Assembly: GCA_000934665.2 (NCBI GenBank)
Contig: KZ539067.1
Coordinates: forward strand, 1 to 34,553
Origin: Catajapyx aquilonaris
Lineage: Eukaryota
DNA length: 34,553 bases
Direction of reading: 5' to 3'
Shown one piece after another: positions 1 to 11,421 of the stretch. The notes under the pieces are model-generated. The model did not search any database. It saw only the letters and a program-made list of their open reading frames with translations, and had not been told where the DNA came from. Within the stretch, counting starts at the first letter, position 1. Every line of letters starts with the position of its first letter. The position numbers and the translations under genes were made by a program.

Positions 1-104
1 TGCGTTGCACCTCCTGCAGCTGCAAAAGGCTTCTCTGCACAGTTTGGAGCTCTTGAAGGGTCACCTGCTGCAGATTGGTCAAGGGTTGCAAGCTCTCCCG
101 GACC
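1..104 (-). CDS. OSBPL8: ORP8-like coding exon (C-terminal coiled-coil region), truncated by window edge
   Basis: Acceptor ctctctgcatttag|G at 105. Phase 2 matches the upstream donor (AT|G = Met). Reads VRESLQPLTNLQQVTLQELQTVQRSLLQLQEVQR, an open heptad-like segment as expected before the ORP5/8 TM anchor. Confidence 0.75.
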
Positions 105-175
105 CTAAATGCAGAGAGTGTCTTCTCAATAATCGCATGTGAGTAGGGATTTCTCTTGCCTACTCATAGGCCTAA

Positions 176-326
176 AGGCCGAAACACAAAAAGATTTTGA
201 GGCAGCGACAAGCGGCAAACGCGTGCCCCGCCAATTATTATTAATTATTGGCAATAATATGCCCCCCCGACAAATATGCCGCAACGCGCGCCGTTTGCCG
301 CGCGATTTTTTTTGGTGAATTGGCCT
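176..326. mobile_element. Degenerate PIF/Harbinger-like MITE
   Basis: Ends aggccgaaacac / gtgaattggcct flanked by taa/tag, with imperfect internal inverted repeats (gcggcaaacgcg / cgtttgccgc). Confidence 0.45.
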
Positions 327-617
327 TAGGACAGCTTTCTGGGTTGCTATGAAAGGACATGCAGGACAGCAGGAATAAGAATGGTTTGGTACTCTCAGGG
401 CCAGAAAGTAGTACTACATGTCACTGAATAGACAAAGTCCACCAGGGCGCTATCGCAATGCGATGAGTCAACTTGTTTATAGGGTGGTGTCACACATGTG
501 AATTCTGTATATGATTTTACGATTTTCCAGCTTTTATAGGCTGAATTTCTCAAATAAACATTAAATGCTTCTGCAAGCAGCTCTTCAAGCACCTCCTCCT
601 CCTCCTTCCCGCAAACA

Positions 618-665
618 GGCGTGGTGGGTCGCATAGGTAACCCTACCTATGCGACCCACCACGCC
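618..665. repeat. Perfect 22-bp-stem hairpin
   Basis: ggcgtggtgggtcgcataggta-accc-tacctatgcgacccaccacgcc. Confidence 0.9.
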
Positions 666-831
666 GCAAAAAGGGTGGTCAACGTATGCATTTACTATAC
701 CTGCATAATTCTTGTACTCCATTAAAAACTGCACCTTATTTTATTTGTGGTAATACCTTCTTTCAATTTACACTGACAAAGTTTCTTAAATCAATATTTC
801 ACATGTTTAAGCCACGCACCATGTTCACACT

Positions 832-1201
832 CAGCCCCGGGACACTCATACTACCTTCAGATCTTATCACCTGCCGAGGAATTTTGCAGAGGGTGCTCAC
901 CTGAGAGCGCCATGAGACATCCGGAGTCTCCGGATAAGTGGCGACCCTACCGGACTAGTCTGAACTCTATAGGTACAAAAGGGGAGGGCTACATTGGAGG
1001 ACACAACATGGGGGCCGGAGGCCATGTTGGGCCCACATGTAGTGCTTCCCTTTCGTACCTATAAAGTTCAGCCTAGTCCGATAGGGTCGCCACTTCTCCG
1101 GAGACTCCAGATGTCTCATGGCGCTCTCAGGTGAGCACCCTCTGCAAAATGCCTCGGCAGGGGGTGGGTGGGAGTGACCAGACCTTACTTTTATGACCGT
1201 G
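832..1201 (+). mobile_element. Family X hairpin element, copy 1 (370 bp)
   Basis: 8-bp TSD ttcacact (824-831, 1202-1209). Ends cagccccgggacact ... tatgaccgtg. Internal palindrome about 871-1160. Confidence 0.9.
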
Positions 1202-1413
1202 TTCACACTGGACGATATTAAGTTGCCAGGTGGTACTTTCTCCAAATAGGGTATCGTATATTCCTGGTTCCATCTGTCACAAGAAACTGTACCTCAAAAA
1301 CCCACAAACATCCAAGCAAACTTAGCTTGGGTCGACTCAAACTGAACAAGTGCTTTTCTCATTTTGAAATCAAAGCACTACTCATTAACCAATTTGACGG
1401 TATGATAACTTAC

Positions 1414-1919
1414 ATTTTGGCATCCAATCTATCCCTGCCTGGATCAGACCGGCTGGAGTCACTGGGGGCGGCATCCTCTCCATCAGGTGTAGAACTCCCA
1501 CTTCCTTGCTGTTCCACTCCCTGGCTACTCCCACCAGCACCTGATAACTCTCCAACATCCTTTTTCTTTTTCTTCTTCTTCCCTCCTTTCTTTGGGGCCA
1601 CCTCATCACCACCAGCAGCCCATGCGTCCGCCCCACTGACACCAGGTTGGTCTACACTTACAATGCTGGCCGCTCTCATTGGGTTTGTGGCTGGTGTGCG
1701 GTGCCTGGTTTTTGTGGCAACTTCATACTGATGCTCATATTGGAATTGGTCATTTCGAGGGTCCCAAGGTCGGAGGTCAGCATAGCGGTAAGCATATGAA
1801 CCTGTGGCACGATCCTGCTCAAAGTACTTTGGGGTCCATTCAATGCACTTTGCCTGACGCTCACGCACAGCATTTCGCTGGGCCTCTTCAAGCAATGTCT
1901 TCTCTTCAGTAGCTGCATT
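1414..1919 (-). CDS. OSBPL8: ORP8-like coding exon: end of ORD plus low-complexity linker
   Basis: Acceptor tgttgacag|AAT at 1920, donor AT|gtaagt at 1413. Encodes NAATEEKTLLEEAQR...YRYADLRPWDPRND...KTRHRTP, typical of the ORP5/8 ORD C-terminus. Confidence 0.9.
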
Positions 1920-1998
1920 CTGTCAACAGAAAGGGTATAGTAGTCAGAGATGATGGATCAAAATTCCCATCTCGTTCCTAACTGATGTCACCACATAC

Positions 1999-2562
1999 CT
2001 GATCATCTCGTAAGATGGCAGCACTGACATGTTGCCACAGCCTCTCTGACTCAAATGGTCCTTGATGCTCCAGTGGGACAGTGAACCTCTTCAGCCGGGT
2101 CTGCCTGACGTCAGGGGTTGGATCCCAAAATGTCGTTTCCTCACTTGTCCGCTTGTCTCGTATCTTAATGCCAGCATCCCAATGGCCCTCCAGGGTGGCA
2201 AGAGTTTCCTTGCCCAGGCGGATTTTTCCTGACACAGAATTCATCAGCTCAGGACTACTAAACATGGGGCGGAGTTTAAATTCGAGCTCGGTCTTGTATC
2301 CAGTCTTTTCACATTCAATGGTGACCTTCCCTCCAAGCTCCATGGTGAGTGTGCCCAGAAGGATCCCTTTGCAGTAAGCATAAGGCATTGTTAGGAGGTA
2401 ATCCTCCCCTCTGGGCAGTAGAGTCAACCGGGCAGTCCCATCCAGAATTGCTGAAGTTGAGTTTCCATAGAATTTGGACTTTGCCAGAATAGTGCCTGAG
2501 ATGCAAAAGCCTTCTCGGCGGTTGGCCACGTGAAAGACAGAAATTGGTGGGTGATGTGACAC
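1999..2562 (-). CDS. OSBPL8: ORP8-like coding exon: core of OSBP-related domain
   Basis: Acceptor ttgaatag|GTG, donor CAG|gtatgt, 564 nt, phase 0-0. Encodes VSHHPPIS...KSKFYGNS...MELGGKV...ESERLWQHV; 79-nt intron follows. Confidence 0.95.
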
Positions 2563-3819
2563 CTATTCAAAATAAAATCCACAATATCAACAATTCATCA
2601 AAGAAAACCTTGGCTTCATATTTTTTCATGTACAGTACTTGATTCACTTGGACATTTTTTTATTAGGTAAAGAAACACTAAAAACTCAGGATTTCTGCTT
2701 GTCATAAACTGATAACAAATGAACTAACAAGTAATAACAAGGGGAAACCTGCCATTGTAAATATGCTCAGTTTGATGCTCCCAGAATTATTATTTTTTGC
2801 TTCCCGCATTACATAAACTGTGTTTCCTAATTTTGCTTACATCTATATAGGCAGAAAGGTTGCATCTGCTCAAAACTCCCACTAGCACCCTGAAGAAGGA
2901 AGGAGAGAGGGAATTGCCACGGGCTGTGCAGGGAATATATGCATGTTTCGTTCTCCTGACTGACTAATTGTTGGCTCTCTCATGAATACCAATTAGAAAA
3001 GAGTCTGTAGCATTTCAACTGACACAGATGTAAGCTAAATTATTAAACACAATGTGAAACTCCTTGTGTCCCTCTTGTCCCTCTCTCATCATCAAAAACC
3101 AAAGCATGTGCAATGTGCATGGTGATGAATCACCTGCCAGCACAGATAGGTTCATATGTAACCAGGGGTCAGCTAAGAAGACACATTTACCTCTGAGGTG
3201 TGTGTGGCGATACATGGTTAGATAGATTAGGATTGAAGAGATGTGAATGGCAGATGTGTATGCCTAGTTTATGTTGCTTTGATCATGTGGAGTGCATGGA
3301 TGAGGAGATGAGGAAGACAATTTATTTTTATGCAGAAGTTGGTAAGAAGAGTAACAGTAGGCCCAGGAAATCATTGCTGGACACACATGTGAATATTGGA
3401 GAGAGTGAAGATGCCAGTTGGAAATAAGAACAGAGTGTAAATCATGCACAAGATACGAGCCCAACCTGATTCTTGTGCTTAATTTTTTTGCTATTCTGTG
3501 CGTGTAACAGTTTATGAACAATTTCATCAATATCAAACGTGAATAACTTATACATGCAACCGCTAAATCTCTCTTTGGAGTGGTTGTACCAGGTAATAGG
3601 CATTAAAATATCAGCTTTAGCCTATATCAGTGATTACTAATTGTTGAAAACACTTAATAACTCTCATTAAATTGTGTGAGTCTTATTGTATCCAACCTGG
3701 TGCAACCAGCCCTAGGTTTGAGAATACTGTATGTAGACTCCATAATTTCATTTACAATATGAACTTGTTGCAAGAGCTAAAAGTTTTCACATTCAGAGAA
3801 GCTTAATCTCTCAACCCAC

Positions 3820-4103
3820 CTGCTCTGCTACATAAAACGTCCTTGAACCCGTGTTTCGATGCAACCAATAGCACCGGAATGTCTCGCCCAGCACTGGGTT
3901 GTAGGGTTTCTTCAGACCCTTTGGCTTCTTGTAGAATCCAGAAAGGTACCAGCGCACTACTTGTTTCATCCGAGTAAAGGCATCATCTTCCTGCACTGCC
4001 TGAGACAGAAGGTCGGCATGGTAGTGGTAGTCGCTCAGCTTGTCCAGAAAGGATCGGGGCTCCAGGATGAATGTTGGGAGAACAACTTTCGACAGGTCCA
4101 TGC
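3820..4103 (-). CDS. OSBPL8: ORP8-like coding exon: ORD N-terminal part
   Basis: Acceptor attgcag|GC, donor CAG|gtgggt. Encodes GMDLSKVVLPTFILEPRSFLDKLSDY...KKPYNPVLGETF...YVAEQ, which joins VSHHPP to give the OSBP signature EQVSHHPP. Confidence 0.95.
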
Positions 4104-4257
4104 CTGCAATACAAATGTTGATGTCAATGTACCAGACTGACCAATGTCAAGATCTATATTACATGCTTCCTATCATGGACTCAGGCCCTGTTGTATCAAT
4201 GCAAATAGGAAAAACCTCTGATTATGTATAAATATTCACAACATGGAATCAGAGATT

Positions 4258-4655
4258 TTTTTAAAAAATTATTTATTTATTTATTTTACCCCGTGATACA
4301 ACTGTAAGTCGTCATAGGTGGGTGGTCTACCACCATTGGTTTTCTAGTATTCATACTTTCATTCTTTTCATACTTTTTTCATACTGTTTTCACACTTTTT
4401 TCTTCGTTCTCCATGCAGGGAAGCAAGGAAATGGAGTAATGATAGGGATTTTTGGGGAGGCGACACAGGTGCAAGTGCAATGTCGGAAATGGGTCATGTG
4501 CAGTCCCCCAGAAGGCTAGGTTGCCTAGACGCCTTCTTAGCCGCGGGCAGAGACCCACTGACACACGCAGAAGGAAAATCCTGGTCGGGGATCGAACCCA
4601 GGACCTTCCGCTCAGCAAGCCGAGACGTTACCATCTCGGCCACCGCGCCTTCCCC
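4258..4655 (-). mobile_element. tRNA-derived SINE (SINE1)
   Basis: Pol III A box tggccgagatgg and B box ggttcgatcc, A-rich tail, 13-bp TSD ggaatcagagatt (4245-4257, 4656-4668). Confidence 0.9.
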
Positions 4656-5464
4656 GGAATCAGAGATTGCATTCATACAACCATTCACCACAGTAGTTGG
4701 CACAGCAGTAAAATTCTCAATTTTTTCAATACAAATTCTCCCTCTCACAACATATCCTCACCCCAACTCCTTGTAAATGAGAGATAGTGATATGAAGTTT
4801 ATAAACTTCAGGGTTTCGTATACCTTCTATCCATTGTAAAAATACTGGTCCATATCTTTTTTAATTTAAACATCTCATGAATTGACACTGAAAAAATTTA
4901 TTGCCTGTAACATTGGAAATCCTCTATCCTCTATGAGTCTATGATATGTCATATGCCATATGCCTGAACTGTTTCTCTGCCTGCACTGTGCCATTCTTTA
5001 CCACAGGAAGAACTGTACAAGTGCCACTTTAGGATAAGATGTCATTGTGATTGTGCAATTGCAGACCTTGTGCTCTAACAGGCACACATAATTGAAGGGG
5101 TCAGTGCAATACTGCCCTAACCCACCAAATGACACAAATTGAGTTTTGCGCACTTCCATATACTACACTCAAATATCTAATAAAGTACACTGAGATTGTC
5201 CAGTTTCTGCCATTTGTCGGTGAGAAATCAAACAATGTTTTTATTGCTGCAAGGTTATGAATGCCTTTTCTGCAGCAAAACCGCCCTAACCCTCCGTCTT
5301 CAAATATTGCAGCGCGCAGGATGCAGCTGCGAGCAGCTGTGTCTCACGAGTTGGGCCTAAATAGTGAGCTTTTGCCTGATGACACCGATGTGGATGAGAG
5401 TACCTAAGATTCAGAGTTCGATCCTGATAATGATGATGTGCAAAGTAGTAGTCCATTGCAGCAA

Positions 5465-5526
<62 letters not shown>
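5465..5526. repeat. (AAT)n microsatellite
   Basis: About 20 tandem AAT units. Confidence 0.95.
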
Positions 5527-5529
<3 letters not shown>

Positions 5530-5748
5530 TAATACTCGTAGTTGGGTCATTCCATGTCAAGACAGACAACTTGGTGGCTCGACCATCTCATAATTTGATA
5601 TAAAAATCATTGAAGTGTTGCCAAAAATAAAGTTAAGAGCCTCCCAGGTGAAAATCCCACGGAGATATGGCAACGTCTTTCAGCAACAATGAAGCCGGAT
5701 TCGAAGGTCCATTTATTTCAGGTGAAATTATTGTTGTACCCTCATATA

Positions 5749-6474
5749 TGTTCATATTATATCAAATGAACTGTTGTGAGATGAGGAACATTTTGTGGCA
5801 ACATGTTTAACCTAGATTGTAAAATTAAAATGCTAAAAAAATCGCATTATTGTGCAAAACGGACACATTTCATATGGTCGAATGTCATTGTTAAATACAT
5901 GCTAAGCGTGTGGAATTAATATGGTAGGTACATTGTCATCTGATCATCAGTAGTCATTACTACTGCAGGACAACATCAAGGTCAAGCAGACTTGGAGATA
6001 ATAAATCTGAAATGTCGGAAAAAGCCCTCTATAGGCTACTCCACGTTATTTGATGTTGCGAGTGAACCATTCATGGTAAGTGAACAGTTCTTATACCGCT
6101 ATGTTATGCATGAAAAGACGCTTCTGCGATAACTTAAAAATTGACCCAGCCCCACACTGAAAAAATGACCCCAAAGATGACCAAATTAGTGGAAAACAGA
6201 CATTTCAGAAGTTTTATTTCCAAGACTGCTTGACCTGTGATGTTGTCCTTCGACAGTATTATAGTAATGATCAGATGACAATGTATACCTACCATATTAA
6301 TTCCACACCCTTAGCATGTGTTTAACCATGACATTGGACAATATGAAATGTGTCCGTTTTGCTCAATAATGTGATTTTTTTTAAACATTTTTATTTTACA
6401 ATCTAGGTTAAACCAGTTGCCACCAAAATGTTCCTCATCTCACGACAGTTCATTTGGTATCATTTATATGAACA
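5749..6474. repeat. Long inverted repeat (about 270-bp arms), nested fold-back element
   Basis: 5749-6016 is the diverged reverse complement of 6199-6474 (e.g. ggaattaatatggtaggta / tacctaccatattaattcc). Confidence 0.85.
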
Positions 6475-6857
6475 TTAAACTAACTTGCGATACGTTCTTG
6501 ACCAATTTAGTTCGCATTACAAGTTGGGTGCAATACTGCCCTAAGCCATTTTTTCACAAGCGGCCACCTTATTTTGTTCATTCTTAGAGTGGGTGGTGCA
6601 TCATCATCATCATAATAGCACGTAAATGTTCCTTATTAGTACCTTGTATATTGGGGTAGAAATGAAAATTGTCCCATGGAAAATGTGTTTTATGGGTCAT
6701 CTCAAACTTTCAAATGCGTTTTTCTCTAAATCAGGTTTGGGAGGGTTAGGGCAGTATTGCACCGATCCCTTCAATTATAAATAACATGAATAGCTGAAGT
6801 ACACTGCACTAGTACTGTACATTTAAAAAAATGACAAAGTCTTATTTACATAATATA

Positions 6858-8628
6858 CAGGGTGTATCAGAACTCTACCGTAAGCTATGTGCCAATGGCA
6901 TAAGGGGCACCGGAGCATCATTATACAGGGTGGTCCAACTTTTTTGTCCGAACAGCTATTGACAAATTCGGCCTAAGCTGCTTATGTTGTAGTGCGTTAC
7001 CTGGCAACCCAGGCCGGCGGGCCAATTCAAACATCAGCACATGGAGAGTGCTTAGTGTTCTTTCCACATGTGCAGGTTCTCATGGTGCTCCTCTGCCACT
7101 GGGGCCAGGTGTTAATTGTGTATTATTAGAGCCCTGGAAGCTCTTGGCCGGACGGATATGGATATGGAATCGACAATGGAAAGAACACTTAGCACTCGTC
7201 TCCATGTGCTGATCAAAGAGCTTAATACTAGGAAGAGCGGAAAAAACAGCTGGTAGCATAGCAACCGTGTCTCCAATCGACTGACCTGCCACCTGGCGAG
7301 TCGGTAACCAAACTCGATACTGTATTGTACAATACGGTAGATCGAGGCAGTGCCGGAAATATGGCAATAAAAGCCCCAGAGGTTGGAAATAAGCTATAAG
7401 CACTCGTATACTCTCGTTGGTGTAAAAATTGACGACAAAACACGATGCAGAAGACCTGTGAATAAAATACCTTCACGAAAAGCAAATTGTTTGCCAGAAG
7501 TTTATTGCCACTACAATAATCCCACACTCTGCGCTATACAATACACACCACGGTAGGCTACTGTACACACTGGTCATGATGCATGCTGAACATGGTCATG
7601 ACAGGAAGATATACCCCCCGCTGCTATGTCCATCTTGTGGCGGGTCGGGGTTGTTCTTCTATACCGTGAACTCGAGAGCCGTGGAGGGTCCTTTGGTAAT
7701 GAAAAGAATGCGATCCGAGACCCCGTGCGCGAACAGCAGTAGTAGCACTCGGCACCCAACCCCCGACCGTCTACGCCCCACTATGCCGGCCTTGGAACTT
7801 GTTCTATTTCAAAATTCGAACGTGATTTCTAAGCAACGAGGTGATTATTTGGATTGTTAGGTGCAGGGTGGCAAGCTGCGTCGAATATCAGTTTCGAGTC
7901 CAAAATTAGTGCCTTAACCGCATACGACCTCATATTGGTCAGTTTTTAGATTTATAACTCTTAATTATGTGCCTCTTGATATTAAATCAAGACAGTTTAT
8001 TGAAATTCCTCTCGACAGCACTCGACGGTGCCGCCTAGTGGCGCCGCGTAGTGGTCGGTAGCCAAACACGTTGACTAAACAACTGACCAAAAAGTGGCGA
8101 CGCTTGGAAACCGGTTTTTTCCACTCTTCCTAGTATTAAGCTCTTTGGTGCTGATGTTTGAATTGGCCCACCGGCCGGGGTTGCCAGGTAACGCACTACA
8201 ACATAAGCAGCTTAGGCCGAATTTGTCAATAGCTGTTCGGACAAAAAAGTTGGACCACCCTGTATGTAGAGGGGTCATCATGTCTAGGCAGCCTCATTAC
8301 GGAGATAATTGCCTTCAAACACGTAGTACGAAGTATCCTGGGAGGTATGGAAACCTTCAGCCCCGACATCGCATCACTCGGGAAAATAGCAGCTTTTCCA
8401 TTTTAATAGCTACTAGCATGTCGCATGTGTACTGCATGTCGCATGTGATCTGTGACAATTCGTGACAATCTGTGACAATCACTCTTAGGCCCAATTGCTA
8501 AATCGCAAATGATCAATTATCTCAGTAATTAGGCTGCCCAGACATAATGACTCCTCTACATTAATTGATCCCCTGGTGCCCATTAAGCCATTGGCACATA
8601 GCTTACGGTAGAGTTCTGATACACCCTG
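6858..8628. mobile_element. Tc1/mariner-type MITE (outer)
   Basis: TA|cagggtgtatcagaactctaccgtaagctatgtgccaatggc ... gccattggcacatagcttacggtagagttctgatacaccctg|TA. Confidence 0.9.
6926..8262. mobile_element. Tc1/mariner-type non-autonomous element nested in the previous one
   Basis: TA TSD, about 115-bp TIRs starting cagggtggtccaacttttttgtccgaacagc. Confidence 0.9.
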
Positions 8629-9572
8629 TATATACAGGGTGTTTCTTAGTAGTAGGTCAAATGGTAGGTAGAATATTTGGAGGCCCAAAATAAATAAAAA
8701 ATGTAGGTGTGAAAAATGTCCAGGGACAACAGGTAACAAGGTAGGCAAGCAGATACATTGGCCTGCCCCTAGATACATGTGGCAACACACACGCCTCTTT
8801 GCAGGGAGATCCCCTGACACGTGGATCCACGTACTTACATTGGTTGCCTAAAGAGCAGGACATGAGCACAATAATAATTACTGATAGCATTTTGCGGGAG
8901 GCGGAGTGGCGCTGAGGTAATGTATGCACCCACGGATGTTTAGGTCCCGGATTCGATCCCAGCCCAGGGTTTCCCCCTTCATCTCGTGCAGAGCTCTTGG
9001 CCATCTCTGGCTTCGTCTCAGGTGGTATCTCCATTAAGACAAACCACCCGGGGAGCTCACAAAATGACCACATTTCAGACAAGGCACTGCACCTTGTACA
9101 TCCCCTCCTCCTCATCCCCCATCGTTCGTGGTACCCGGGGGTTACGGACAGGGCCGGCCCTAGGTCGGTGCGGGGCCTAGGGCAAGAAATAAATGCGGGG
9201 CCTATTCTCAGCGAGTGAATTTCTGTACAACTCGAATTGCGTATCCAACATTTTCGTTGGCCGACTTTCTATAATAACGTACAACTGAGGGGCGTAGGCA
9301 GAAAAATTTCAGGTGAGGGCCGATAAGCAGTAGAGGGCAGGAAGCAAGTTGGCTGCAGGCGAAATTTTTTGGAGGTTCAAGGTCACACGAGCTTAGTTGA
9401 ATGTGGTAGATTTGAATGGGTGTATTGATGAAATTGGTAGAACTTTTCCCAAAAAATCCATGAATTTAGTAATTTCTAATGCTATTTCCAACATTTCGTG
9501 GGTGGGGGGGGGGGGGGGGGGNTTTATTTTATGAGCAAAATGGTGGAAATTATTTATATGTATACGAGTATA

Positions 9573-10374
9573 CAGGGTGGATCAGCCCACGGACACTTAT
9601 ACTACATTCTGGCGTTATCAGCTGCCGAGGCATTTTGCACCGGGCGCTCACCTGAGACCGCCAGGAGTCATTTCGGAGGCCACGACAAGTGGCGACCCTA
9701 CCGGACTACGGCTGAACTTTATAGGTACAAAGGGGGCCCAACATGGCCGCCGGCGGCCATGTTGGGCCCCCCAATGTAGCCCTCCCTGAGCCCTCCCCCG
9801 TGCCTATAAAGTTCAGCCTTAGTCCGGTAGGGTCGCCACTTGTCGTCGTGGCCTCCGCCAAGGGCCTCCGAAATGACTCCTGGCGGTCTCAGGTGAGCGC
9901 CCGCTGCAAAACGCCCCGGCAGGGGGTGGGTGGGAGTGACCAGACCTTACTTATATGACCGTGGGGTGGATCAACTTCAAGTGTCGTTTTATAACGGCTA
10001 TTAATAGAAGCGCTTTACGATTGGCGTAGCAGCGACGTGTAAAATGTCCCACTTCGGTGCCATCGAAATTATTAGCTGCCAATATTAGCGTACATGTAAT
10101 GAACCTGCTGCAACGAGTGCACCCACATGCGGCACCAATGCCAATCCGGCAGTCCGCAAAGAAGGCATTTCACCCAGGCGCATCTCAGGTCATGTGTGCA
10201 CCTACTTTTTTCCAGGTCAACCCAGCAGCAGGGTTGATTACATGTGTGCTGCTATTGGCAGCTAATATTTTCGATGGCGCCGAAGTGTGACATTTTACAC
10301 GTCGCTGCTACGTCATCGCAAAATCACTGCTATTAATCGCCGTTATAAAACGACACTTGAAGTTGTCCACCCTG
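9573..10374. mobile_element. Tc1/mariner-type fold-back MITE, left TIR split by family X copy 2
   Basis: TA|cagggtggat[insert]caacttcaagtgtcgttttataacggc ... gccgttataaaacgacacttgaagttgtccaccctg|TA, arms about 150 bp. Confidence 0.88.
9583..9963 (+). mobile_element. Family X hairpin element, copy 2 (381 bp)
   Basis: 8-bp TSD gggtggat (9575-9582, 9964-9971). Ends cagcccacggacact ... tatgaccgtg. Hairpin apex caacatggccgccggcggccatgttg. Confidence 0.92.
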
Positions 10375-10939
10375 TATTGGTAGAAAATCGACATAGCTTA
10401 ATCACAGAAGATATTTAAAACCGCTTATTCAGTATAGTTGAAAAATTCTGAATAATTGGGATTTTTGGAAGCGTGGGGCCTGGCAGTAATTAGGGAGGGA
10501 GACCCAACTGAGGGAGAAGCAAGGGTGCCTCGCTGCACTTATCTAAGGCAAAGGCTCGCACATGTTGTTATCAGATAACATAGTTTAGGTTGGGAAGTCC
10601 TTTTTACCAGATGTGTTTGTTTCAAGAATCTGGCATATGATGCAGGAAGGATTCGTTTAGTTTTTATTTTTTTATTTTTTAGTAGGACAATGAAAGAATG
10701 ATATATGCGGGGATTTCTCAGTTTTGTACAATTCCTTAAGTTGCCCGTTGTCTTCCCAAGCGCGAGGCCTGGGGCAGGGGCCCCTTTTACCCCCCCACCC
10801 CCCACCAGGGCCGGCTCTGGTTACGGAAAAGGACCAAAATGAATCAGCTTGTACATCTAAAGCAAATAAAGGTACCGTGCCAGATTAATGGGTGGTGCAC
10901 TAACCCCAATTATTGATTATTGATTATTGATTATTGATT

Positions 10940-11311
10940 ATTATTGTTATTATTATTATTATTATTATTATTTTATTTTTTATTTTTTTAAGTACCCCGT
11001 GATGACCTTTTTCGTCTATAGGGGGGTGGATTACCACCATTGGAGGGAAAGGGCTGTTGTCTATTTTTGAATACGCCCGGACCCACGGGCAGGGAAACTG
11101 GGAGGGGATGTGCAAAGTGCGTGTGCACAGACGTTGATGTGCCGTTTTGTGAACTCCCCCGGGTGGCATATGTGGAAGGATCGCCACCCGAAACGAAGCC
11201 TGAGACCGTCTTACTCTGCGCAAGATGAAGGGAGGAAACCCCGGGTTGGGCTCGAACCCGGGACCTTAACATCCGCGGGCGCATACGTTACCGCAGCGCC
11301 ACTTCGCCTCC

Positions 11312-11312
<1 letters not shown>
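10940..11312 (-). mobile_element. tRNA-derived SINE (SINE3)
   Basis: A box tggcgctgcgg and B box ggttcgagccc. 3' end ...catcacggggta followed by an A-rich/(AAT)n tail. Confidence 0.85.

Positions 11313-11359
<47 letters not shown>
11313..11359. repeat. (ATT)n microsatellite
   Basis: Tandem ATT units, possibly the tail of a truncated retroelement at 11360-11410. Confidence 0.9.
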
Positions 11360-11421
11360 GAATGAAATAGGTCGAGGAAAAGGGTGGTCCAGTTGATGTG
11401 GTATGCCCCATATATTGATAT

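Larger units (their letters stand above)
5094..6772. mobile_element. Non-autonomous DNA transposon with 4-bp AATT TSD (Sola1-like)
   Basis: About 30-bp TIRs gaaggggtcagtgcaatactgccctaaccc / gggttagggcagtattgcaccgatcccttc, flanked by aatt on both sides. An internal copy of the TIR motif lies near 6528. Confidence 0.75.
9149..10819. mobile_element. hAT-like MITE
   Basis: TIRs cagggccggccct / agggccggctctg with perfect 8-bp TSD gttacgga (9141-9148, 10820-10827). Confidence 0.9.
8896..10925 (+). mobile_element. tRNA-derived SINE (SINE2) interrupted by a hAT MITE
   Basis: A box tggcgctgagg and B box gattcgatcc. Head and body are similar to SINE3. Resumes after 10827 and ends in (attattg)n; the 3' boundary is approximate. 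Confidence 0.7.

Noticed and set aside
395..634. Minus-strand ORF with EEEEVLEELL as a possible extra exon
   Set aside because: The flanking exons (1414 and 104) already join in frame, no clear splice sites were found, and the ORF starts inside a hairpin.
862..1187. Family X as a tyrosine-recombinase (Crypton-like) element bounded by ctta direct repeats
   Set aside because: Homology between copies extends beyond these motifs to ends flanked by locus-specific 8-bp TSDs, which indicates a staggered-cut transposase.
4580..4655. tRNA gene-like sequences (also near 8896, 11240-11312 and 11590-11668)
   Set aside because: A and B boxes are present but there is no convincing acceptor stem. Each continues into a body and A-rich tail, two with clear TSDs, so they are SINE heads.
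5364..5603. Poly-Ile, poly-Asn and poly-Leu ORFs (also 10924-11411)
   Set aside because: Translations of (AAT)n microsatellites.
9498..9522. Long G/C homopolymers with single N (also 20705, 30049 and the 13838 gap)
   Set aside because: Lengths are unreliable and are likely sequencing or assembly artefacts at homopolymers.
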